From Clostridiales bacterium (GTDB lineage Bacteria; Bacillota; Clostridia; Saccharofermentanales; Saccharofermentanaceae): DNA of 32,000 nucleotides. Where the stretch lies: the NCBI GenBank assembly GCA_017478485.1, contig JAFVDI010000036.1:2747-34746 (forward strand). The letters are read 5' to 3'. The translations under genes and the position numbers were made by a program. Each line of letters opens with the position of its first letter. Position 1 is the first letter of the stretch. Below, piece by piece: positions 1 through 7,900 of the stretch. The notes beneath the pieces were generated by a model that searched no databases, was not told where the DNA came from, and saw only the letters and a list, made by a program, of their open reading frames with translations.

Positions 1-20
1 CACATCTATGTAAGTATGTT

Positions 21-356
21 TCAATTATTTATAGTTGGATTCCTTGTTTTAAGGATATTCGGATAAAAGGACAGATCGTAATCTTCGGCTTTGCATCGAT
101 TTATCAGATCTGTATCTTCCACACGCTCATCCATAGTCCAATAGAAATAACCATCGATGTAATAATAGTTGTTCTGTCTGCTGAAGAAACGAGCTGGGAA
201 TCCATATTCTCGTATTATCTTTGCAAACTCAAGGAAGTCCTCTTTACCGTTCTCACCAATTATTTTACTCAATACAATGTACTCGTGTGGAGCGCTCTTT
301 GCATAAGTTTTTGCAAATACCCAATTCTGCATTGCGATAAAACCTCTTATATCCAT
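21..356 (-). CDS. hypothetical protein (111 aa), family not recognised
   Basis: ORF 21..440 trimmed to the internal ATG at 356-354 (MDIRGF...). GGAG lies about 8 nt upstream and the start is 4 nt after the stop of ORF 361..594. The region is AT-richer than the ICE core. Confidence 0.55.
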   Translation of the reverse strand: MDIRGFIAMQNWVFAKTYAKSAPHEYIVLSKIIGENGKEDFLEFAKIIREYGFPARFFSRQNNYYYIDGYFYWTMDERVEDTDLINRCKAEDYDLSFYPNILKTRNPTINN

Positions 357-360
357 TGCA

Positions 361-594
361 TCATTCTCCGTAGATAATCTTACGATGATCAGCATTGGTA
401 AAATCAAGTTCCATAACACTGCCATCAGACTTATTGACACTTATAGCCGGATAGTCGACAGGAAAATCGTCATCAATCCAAGAAAACTCGAACAAAAAAG
501 CGCCCTTCTTTTCGTCAATAGACAATATCTTCACATCACCCCATTTAGGCTTAACATATTCCATAAAAATACATTTTGCTTCACTTACTGTCAT
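361..594 (-). CDS. small hypothetical protein (77 aa); weak resemblance to small immunity/PepSY-like proteins
   Basis: Intact ORF with an AAGGA-type RBS upstream of the ATG at 594. It is tightly coupled to the downstream ORF 21..356. No diagnostic motif. Confidence 0.5.
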   Translation of the reverse strand: MTVSEAKCIFMEYVKPKWGDVKILSIDEKKGAFLFEFSWIDDDFPVDYPAISVNKSDGSVMELDFTNADHRKIIYGE

Positions 595-862
595 TTACTT
601 AATCCTTTTACATGAAATCAGCAATTTTATCGAGGTCCAACCCTTACGTCAAGATGTTGATTATTATCACTATCAGCCAAAATGCGGCTCTGATCGGGAG
701 TGTAATCAGACGGAAAAAGAATCTTAGTAATCTCATGCACTTGTACCTCCATAACTGAACGATACGCTACCTAGTGCCTACTATTTGTTCTAACCCATGT
801 TCCTAGCTCAATTCTATCATCGGCAGAAATCTCATGAGTGTCATTAAAAGGACCGTTCTACG

Positions 863-945
863 GTTTTCCCCGGGTTTTATACGTTCTTCCCCCAGTTTTT
901 CACGGTTTTCCCCGAATTTGTACGATTATCCCCGCGTTTTAAATT
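863..945 (+). repeat. four tandem imperfect direct repeats of about 21 bp (T-rich, CCCC core, ending ACG)
   Basis: GTTTTCCCCGGGTTTTATACG (863-883), TTCTTCCCCCAGTTTTTCACG (884-904), GTTTTCCCCGAATTTGTACG (905-924), ATTATCCCCGCGTTTTAAATT (925-945). They lie directly upstream of the small HTH gene. Confidence 0.85.
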
Positions 946-1013
946 TTGGGTTTACACATTGGAATTCATATGCTTCTGTGAATATCCTTGAAACAAGGAA
1001 AGGAGCGGCAAAC

Positions 1014-1190
1014 GTGATAAGAACCATCAATGGTGCTATAGAAGAACTTCGAAAAGAAGACCCGGAGACTCCCATAAACTCTCATATGCTGAGAAGGTGG
1101 ATAGCTTCCGGCGAGTTAAAGCATACAAAAAGCGGTAATAGATATCTTATCGATATGGATGTACTCAAAGCTTTCCTGAGAGGAGAGTAA
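1014..1190 (+). CDS. excisionase-family / MerR-like helix-turn-helix DNA-binding protein (58 aa)
   Basis: GTG start at 1014, 8 nt after AAAGGAG. Sequence (V)IRTINGAIEELRKEDPETPINSHMLRRWIASGELKHTKSGNRYLIDMDVLKAFL matches the short Xis-type HTH pattern. The upstream part of ORF 834..1190 is encoded by the DNA repeats and looks non-protein-like. Confidence 0.7.
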   Translation: MIRTINGAIEELRKEDPETPINSHMLRRWIASGELKHTKSGNRYLIDMDVLKAFLRGE

Positions 1191-1191
1191 A

Positions 1192-1347
1192 GTGAATATG
1201 GTCATCATATGGGCGGCTCCGCTGGCCGTGTGCCTCAAAAGACTTATAAAGAAGCCGATAAGAATACAAAAGCTCTCTTTCAGTGATAAAGACTTCGTAA
1301 AACGTATCGGCGTTTACTATATGTGTATCGACGATCTCCCGCTGTGA
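1192..1347 (+). CDS. possible small ORF (about 51 aa), hypothetical
   Basis: GTG 1192 or ATG 1198 follows AGGAGAG (about 1179-1185). Open to TGA 1345-1347. No recognisable motif; below the length cutoff of the ORF track. Confidence 0.3.
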   Translation: MNMVIIWAAPLAVCLKRLIKKPIRIQKLSFSDKDFVKRIGVYYMCIDDLPL

Positions 1348-1673
1348 GATACGTCTTCTTATAATAATTACTTCTAAATTAATTACATATCTATATGCGC
1401 AGAAGGCCTCAAAGGTGCTCAGGGTATCAGATTTCAGCTATTTTTGTCGATTTTCGGGCGAATTTGACCTTACCGGTTCCGTTTTGCCTTTTCCCACTAC
1501 TTATAGGTGAAGGCCTCGGTGATTCGCGTCACCGAGCTCGACTTCTCCCCGTCGGACAATTAAAGACATTAATTGCATACGTGAAGCCGCTGCGTTCAAA
1601 GCTTCGGGCTAACTGTATCTATTGTTGGGACCAAAAGCTTCGCGGAAAAATCTAAGCAAAGGAGGAAAAAGCA

Positions 1674-2510
1674 TTGGATGACAAATGCAAAGTGATTGCC
1701 GTCGCCAATCAAAAAGGCGGCGTCGGGAAAACAACCACTGCGCTCAACCTGGGAGTTGCTCTTGGCAAGCTCGGGAAACGGGTCCTGCTGGTCGATGCCG
1801 ATCCGCAAGGAAGCCTTACAAGGTCTTGCAGGATCATAGACCCGGACGGCCTGGATATCACCCTATCGGAGCTCATGGCATATGAGATGACCGGAGAAGA
1901 TAAAGACTTTGTTCTCAAGAACGACGCTATCAGACGTTTCGAGAACGTGTATCTTATCCCTTCAAACATCAGCCTTTCCGGTACCGAGACCGCTCTGTTC
2001 AATTGCATGAGCAGAGAATCGGTACTAAAAAGGACAATCGAGCCGCTCCGCCAGAGTTTCGACGTTATCCTGATCGACTGTATGCCGTCACTCGGCATGA
2101 TGACCATCAACTCGCTCGTAGCTGCAGACTCGGTCATTATCCCCTGTGAGCCGTCTTATCTCTCGGTCAAAGGCCTGGATCTCCTATTACACTCAATTTC
2201 GAGGATTAAGAGACAGATCAACCCGGGCCTGGAGATTGACGGCGTCCTTTTGACCATGGTCGATTCCAGGACAAACAACTCAAGAGACATCTCGGATGCA
2301 TTACGTGATGCAATGGGTATTAATATTAATGTATTTAATATAGAGATACCCCGCTCAGTTCGTGCGACCGAATGTCCAAACGTAGGCGAAAGCATATTTA
2401 CTCACGATCCTAAGGGTAAAGTAGCCGATGCCTACGCAAATCTGGCAAAGGAGGTACTCAGTCTTGAGAGACAAACCCAAACTAGATCTCGGCCTTACGG
2501 CGTACGATGA
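1674..2510 (+). CDS. parA: ParA/Soj-family partition ATPase
   Basis: Deviant Walker A KGGVGKTT in VIAVANQKGGVGKTTTALNLG, then LLVDADPQGS. TTG start at 1674 lies 9 nt after AAGGAGG. Confidence 0.95.
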   Translation: MDDKCKVIAVANQKGGVGKTTTALNLGVALGKLGKRVLLVDADPQGSLTRSCRIIDPDGLDITLSELMAYEMTGEDKDFVLKNDAIRRFENVYLIPSNISLSGTETALFNCMSRESVLKRTIEPLRQSFDVILIDCMPSLGMMTINSLVAADSVIIPCEPSYLSVKGLDLLLHSISRIKRQINPGLEIDGVLLTMVDSRTNNSRDISDALRDAMGININVFNIEIPRSVRATECPNVGESIFTHDPKGKVADAYANLAKEVLSLERQTQTRSRPYGVR

Positions 2511-3420
2511 ACTCTTCAAGGATGATAAAGAAATTAAGGAAGGCAAACTTCCGAAGATCTATGACATCCCCATCGAACTTATCGACGACTTCCCTGACCA
2601 TCCGTTCAAGGTAAGAATGGACGAGGACATGGACCAGCTGGTCGAGAGCATTAAGGAACGGGGACTCATCACCCCCATCACACTGAGACCAAAAGAAGAC
2701 GGACGATACGAAATCGTTTCCGGACACAGAAGAAAGAAGGCCTGCGAAATCGCAGGTCTTTCTGTTTTAAAGGCAGATGTTCGTGAAATGAGCCGTGACG
2801 AAGCCATAATCCTCATGGTCGAATCCAACCTGCAAAGGTCGGTAATCCTGCCAAGCGAGAAGGCTTACTCATACAAAATGCGTCTTGAAGCCCTTAAACG
2901 ACAAGGAAAAAGAACTGATTTAACTTCCAACCCACTGGGTGGGAAGTTGGGTGAAACCGCTGAGTATATCGGAGAAAGTTCTGGTGACAGCGCAACTCAA
3001 GTTAGACGTTTTATTCGCCTGACAGAGCTTATCCCTGATCTCCTTGATCTCGTCGATGAGGGAGCTATCGCACTCCGCCCTGCCGTTGAGCTTTCATACC
3101 TGACCTGCGATGAGCAGGAAATGGTCTACAACCAGATATTGGCGTGCGACTGCACACCATCGCACGCTCAGGCCATCAGGCTCAGGAAGTTCTCAGAAGA
3201 CGGAAGATTAACGGATGCCGTTGTCGAGTCCATCATGCAGGAAGAAAAGCCGAACCAAAAGGAGAAAATCCATCTTCCCTACGTCCAGCTCCGGAAATAC
3301 ATTCCGGAAAGCGTGTCATACGACGATACCAGGGACTACATCATGCAGGCTCTGGAGTTCTATCAGAAGTACCGCACAAAAGTACCCGCACAAAACAATA
3401 TTCAAAGAGAATCGAGGTAA
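2464..3420 (+). CDS. parB: ParB-like N-terminal-domain partition / DNA-binding protein
   Basis: IELIDDFPDHPF ... GLITPITLRPKEDGRYEIVSGHRRKKA (ParB/Srx GxRR box). The likely start is TTG 2464, 9 nt after AAGGAGG, which gives a 47-nt overlap with parA. The ATG at 2428 is the alternative start. Confidence 0.9.
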   Translation: MRDKPKLDLGLTAYDELFKDDKEIKEGKLPKIYDIPIELIDDFPDHPFKVRMDEDMDQLVESIKERGLITPITLRPKEDGRYEIVSGHRRKKACEIAGLSVLKADVREMSRDEAIILMVESNLQRSVILPSEKAYSYKMRLEALKRQGKRTDLTSNPLGGKLGETAEYIGESSGDSATQVRRFIRLTELIPDLLDLVDEGAIALRPAVELSYLTCDEQEMVYNQILACDCTPSHAQAIRLRKFSEDGRLTDAVVESIMQEEKPNQKEKIHLPYVQLRKYIPESVSYDDTRDYIMQALEFYQKYRTKVPAQNNIQRESR

Positions 3421-3424
3421 AAAC

Positions 3425-3814
3425 ATGGAAAATCAGGAAATCTACGAAACAAACGGAACGCAGAACACCGCCGAAATGCTTACGATCAAGTTCTCCCGTA
3501 AGCTCGCAAGACCTTTCACTACGAAGACCGGCAAGGACATGGTCGCCATCTCTATCCCGAACGAGGATCCTGCTGACAACCGTGCCTGGGAAGAGTTCGT
3601 CCTTCCCGTGACAATGGTCCACAGCGATCACTACGGCAGCAAGGCACTCTGGGTCAAGCTCCCCGAGGACGGAACCACAGTTCTCTCCAGACCCAACAAG
3701 CCCTCCGCAAAGGACGGTACTTGGACAAGAGACGAGAGAAAGGTCGATAACAAGACCTTGAAGTCAATGGTCGAAGCCTACAAGCTCAAGCCCAAGACTC
3801 AGGAAGCAAGGTGA
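3425..3814 (+). CDS. conserved-looking hypothetical protein (129 aa)
   Basis: ATG 3425 after GAGGT, 4 nt past the parB stop. The longer ORF-track version (3215..) overlaps parB in another frame. No motif recognised. Confidence 0.6.
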   Translation: MENQEIYETNGTQNTAEMLTIKFSRKLARPFTTKTGKDMVAISIPNEDPADNRAWEEFVLPVTMVHSDHYGSKALWVKLPEDGTTVLSRPNKPSAKDGTWTRDERKVDNKTLKSMVEAYKLKPKTQEAR

Positions 3815-3825
3815 TCTCAAAAGGC

Positions 3826-3873
3826 GGGGCGCTAATATAACTAAATGCGTACGCGTGTTACTTAGCGCTCCCC
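3826..3873 (+). terminator. stem-loop after the par operon (possible terminator; no T-tract)
   Basis: GGGGCGCTAA (3826-3835) pairs with TTAGCGCTCCCC (3862-3873). The 26-nt loop contains the palindrome GCGTACGC (3847-3854). A C-rich tract follows instead of a U-run. Confidence 0.35.
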
Positions 3874-4140
3874 TTCCTTCCCCCACACCCCTAACTAACC
3901 CCTTCTATCAATAAAACTATCAAGCTAAAAGAGAAGTGTTTAATCACTACGGTAGACTGTAATATCCTGAAGATACAGAAAGATATTGCAAGCCAGTGAA
4001 AGATAGAGAAAGAAATCGCACATTTTACCTTGATTGTTTGGTGTTTTAAGATTCAGGCAAGAGGTTAAGAAATTGACAGGCTTAAGGCATAACGTTTCAG
4101 TTATTCTTTTAGCCCAGCAATTCGAAAGGGGGATTTTCGT

Positions 4141-4860
4141 ATGAAGCCTTTATTTAAGCTTTTGCTAAGTCTTTTGATCAAGATAGCTTTTATAGCGTTG
4201 ATCTATGCAATAGTTATGGGATTGACCAGTTGCAGTAGGAACGATAAGCCCGTTCTTTCTTCTTTTAGCTCAGATAATAAAAAAGAGTTTGAGGTCTGTA
4301 CTGAATCTTCAAGAGAAGCCGTTGTTTCGGAAACGAGTAAGGAAACCGAGCCTTCCGTTTTAAATGAAAGTGAGCCGAGTTCTGAAAGCATTGTGGAAAC
4401 GGCGGTTCAAACTAAGGCTTCAGAAAGCAAGCCCACGCATAGTTCAAAGAAGACCAATGCCAAGAAAGTGACCAAGGCTCCAACGAAGGCGCCAAAGAAA
4501 ACTGCAGTTAAGAAAACAGTTAAGGATCCGGGCAAGGAAAATGAAGCAACTACGGCAAAACCTACGACCAAGAAAGTAACGAAGGCGCCTACCAAGAAAC
4601 CTACCAACACACCAACACCCAAGCCTTATACGTATTGCACGTGTGATGCTGAGGTATCCTGTGGAAGTACGTCAGCAGGCACTTTCCATAAGTTCACTAT
4701 CAAGGGCCTTACGGCTCACAAGCTTAAAAGCGGGCTTTGGGAAATAACAGAGGCTTCAGACGATAAAGTCCGGGCCTACTTAAAAGAAAACTATCCCGGT
4801 TACGGGAGATATGGAGTAGGGAAACTCAAAAACAAGCGTGATTACAGGTATAAACCGTAA
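4141..4860 (+). CDS. lipoprotein with a Lys/Thr/Pro-rich repetitive linker
   Basis: Signal peptide with lipobox (GLTSC). Internal repeats KKVTKAPTKAPKK and KKVTKAPTKKPT. RBS GGGGGA upstream of ATG 4141. Confidence 0.8.
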   Translation: MKPLFKLLLSLLIKIAFIALIYAIVMGLTSCSRNDKPVLSSFSSDNKKEFEVCTESSREAVVSETSKETEPSVLNESEPSSESIVETAVQTKASESKPTHSSKKTNAKKVTKAPTKAPKKTAVKKTVKDPGKENEATTAKPTTKKVTKAPTKKPTNTPTPKPYTYCTCDAEVSCGSTSAGTFHKFTIKGLTAHKLKSGLWEITEASDDKVRAYLKENYPGYGRYGVGKLKNKRDYRYKP

Positions 4861-4887
4861 TCAGAGAACCCTCCATTAGTCATCAAG

Positions 4888-4922
4888 GAAACCCCTTCGT
4901 AGAAATACGCGGGGGTTTTCTT
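4888..4922 (+). terminator. rho-independent terminator
   Basis: GAAACCCC (4888-4895) pairs with GGGGTTTTC (4912-4920), followed by a T-rich tail. Confidence 0.6.
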
Positions 4923-4960
4923 ATGGCTTTCTTCAAACAAACTAAGAAAGGACGAGATAA

Positions 4961-7900
4961 ATGAAGTTTTCAAAAATGATCTGTGCTTTTGCAGTCGCTT
5001 CACTTCTCATGCTTCAGAACGTCGCTCCGATGGTTCCGGTAATTGCCGATACCACCGAGACAACAGTTGAGACTGAAGCCACAGAGGAAACAAAGCATCA
5101 TGAAGAGACAGCAAAACCGAAAGAAACAACGAGACAGACCGAATCCTCTGAGACTTCTGAAACAACAAAAGCTTCAGAAAAGCCGGTTGAAACAGCGGTA
5201 CCTTCTGAGACAACAGAACCTTCAGACGAAACAAAGCCCTCAGAAACGACAGAGTCAAAGGAAACTACAGAGCCTTCAGTGTCAGCAATAACGGCTGAGA
5301 CAACGGCTCCGACAGAAAAGACTGAGCCTTCTGAAACCACAGTGCCTTCTGAAACATCGGAAAGCTCCGAGCCTTCCGAAACAACGTCAGAAACAACCAC
5401 CGTTGAAACACCCAAGATCGTTAAGGCAAAGTCTGCTGACGAGTATATCAAACTCGTTGCTGCTCTCCCTGATGGTGACAAGCTCATTGTCGCTACCAAA
5501 GATGATCTTTCAGCCTTAAAGCCTGATGCAGGCGTTTACTTTGACGGCATCTATACACTCTGGTTTAAGACTGGCTCAGAATACGGTGCGGCTGTTAAGT
5601 ATGCAGCTTCTCATCGCTATGGCTATACGGAAGACGGCGTTGTCGGTCTCTGCGGTACTGCTGATTATTCAGCTTACGCTAAATACGCCATTAAGACCGC
5701 TTCGGCATGCTCTTCAGGCAAAACAAGGATCGTCATAATCGATACAGGCGTTAACGGCGCTGATGAAGCATATTCCGTTATCGGTTCCGACGTGAAGGAT
5801 AAGAACGGCCATGGTACTTTCATGGCTGACCTGATCAAGGAATCCACAGACAAGGCCTATATCATTTCAGTGAAGGCTGTCGGTGATAACGGCAAAGGCA
5901 CTGTCTCCGATGTTTACAATGCACTTCAGTATGCAGCCGACCAGAAGCCTGACATCATCCTGATGGCGATCTCAATCAAGGATAACCCTGATGAATATGT
6001 TGCTTTGAAGTCACTCATTGAGGAAACAGCATCCAAAACGACTGTCATCGCTTCAGCCGGTAACAATAATGCTGACGCATCCAAGTATCTTCCTGCAGGC
6101 TCAGATGGTGTTATCACCATTGGTGCAGTCAAGAACGATTTCTACAAAACGGCCACTTCCAACTACGGAGATGCCGTTGATTACTACGCAGTTGCCGCTT
6201 CTACTTCAGAAGCTTCCGCAACGTTCGTCGGCAAGTATATTGCTAAGGACGATTCAGGAGTAGTCGTGAGCTATGCCGGTTCAGAAGACGGTGTTGAGTA
6301 CGTCGGTGATGACATCTTCTTCGGCATCGACAGTGATTTTACCGATAACACCAAGAAGATCCTTGGCGGTGACGACCTCAAGATGTCCGCTTCCGTCTTC
6401 CATCAGCGTGTTCTCCAGTACGCAAAGGATATCTGTGATGACAACAGATACCAGTACAGCTTAGACGGTGGCACATATAACCTTGACTGCATAGGCTTCG
6501 TAAACAAGGTCTACTACCTCGCACTCGGCAAACCTGCCTTCAAGTCAGGGACCAGCTACTATGAGGCTAAGTACGCTTACAAGTCCAGTTCCAAGACCTA
6601 CCGTGCAAGGATCTTCAATGGCAATACAGCTCCCAGCTGTGGTGCCTGGATCAACTATGCAGGTATCCGTACAAAGCCTTCAGCATCCTCAAAGTCAAAG
6701 AAATGCACGACGCTCTCGGCGGCTGCGAAGCATATCAACAAATACGCGGTTCCCGGCGACATCATCATGTACGGTTCAACTACACATTGGGTTCATGCAG
6801 CAATCTATGCCGGTTCTGCCAACAGCGGAAAGTCTTACTATGAATACGCTGCTCACAACAAGTCTCTGGGCATTTCAAGAATCATAAAGACTGAGACGAC
6901 ATTCTCGGCCCCCAAGAGTGATGACAGCGATTCAAGGATCTCTTATGTGCTCGTTGTCCGTGTTACCGGCACAAGCACAACAGGTCTTAAGTTCGTCAAG
7001 AAATGTATCGGTGATCAGGACTTACTTGGCGAATGTTACTCGTTTGAGGGAACAACTTACGGAATTTACACTGACGAAGCATGCACGACCCCTTATTCCA
7101 CTATGCCTACGATCGAGTTCGACGAGGCAGGCGAAACAGACAGCATGATCCCTACGATCAGCAATTATCCCCTCACCGTTTATCTCAAAGAGACCAAAGC
7201 AGGTCCCGGTTACCTTGTCGACGATTCAGTCTATAAGCTCAATCTGGCAAGCACATCCGCAGGCACTGTAACCACAGTCGAAGGCGATGGCGAAGCTAAG
7301 CTCACTCTGAGTAGCGGCATTTTTACCGTAACACTTTACGATATCCCGACATTTGACCCACTCACGATCAGGCTTCGTAAAACCGGCGTTAACCACGCTT
7401 CAGCTCCGATGAACAAGGCTACGTTCCGCATACGTTACTACGATGCAGATTATCCTTATGACCCTGCAGTCTTCACTCCTGATGATTTCGATAACAACGA
7501 GACACCGGAAGACGATTTCTATATAACTATCAGCAATCCCGATCAGCTTCGTGACTTAAGTCTTAAGGATCTGGCCGGTTATGGAAGTGTTACTGTAAGC
7601 GGTGATAACAGCTCACTGAAAGCAATTTATGATGCTCAGTTGAGCACAATGTTTTTCCCGTTTGGAACCTACAGGATCCAAGAAGCAACAGCACCTGACG
7701 GATACTATCTCAACGACAGTGTTTACAGGATCAAGCTGTTCATGAACAATGACAGAGATGCTGATATTGAAATGCGTAACGAGAAAACCGGAAAACTGCT
7801 CACAGAGTTCACTATAGATAACGAGCCCGGTGTCGATATCGCGGTCCCGGAGATCAACGGTCCTGCTTACTTCAGTCTTGAAAAGCGCGTAACTGATGAT

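Noticed and set aside
627-752. 41-aa minus-strand ORF (MEVQVHEITK...) in the divergent intergenic region
   Set aside because: It has no Shine-Dalgarno sequence upstream, it is very short, and it has no recognisable motif. I treat it as non-coding.
834-1013. N-terminal 60 codons of ORF 834..1190
   Set aside because: This part is encoded by the four tandem DNA repeats, its translation is periodic and low-complexity, and no RBS precedes 834. A strong AAAGGAG precedes the GTG at 1014, which yields a typical 58-aa Xis-type HTH protein.
1395-1655. 86-aa + strand ORF upstream of parA
   Set aside because: It has no RBS, an Arg/Leu/Cys-rich composition unlike a protein, and it spans the hairpin and the repeated motifs. 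It is more likely an untranslated leader or regulatory region.
1709-2137. Antisense ORFs inside parA/parB
   Set aside because: The same verdict applies to similar shadow ORFs throughout the track (for example 5098..5499, 9059..9382, 11508..11852, 17572..17976, 19339..19746, 21350..21718, 22307..22753, 24721..24990 and 30823..31176). They lie opposite genes with strong motif support, lack RBSs and have skewed compositions typical of shadow frames.
3144-3611. Alternative-frame ORFs overlapping the 3' end of parB (3144..3611, and the 3215..3424 extension of the next gene)
   Set aside because: They are out of frame with the well-supported parB coding sequence and highly basic and low-complexity. 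The downstream gene has a proper RBS and ATG at 3425.
5043-5420. Repetitive SETT/TEPSETT-coding DNA near the 5' end of the adhesin gene, considered as a possible DNA-level repeat or CRISPR-like array
   Set aside because: It is in frame within a long ORF, degenerate at the nucleotide level, and has no spacer-repeat architecture. It encodes a low-complexity stalk and is not an array.
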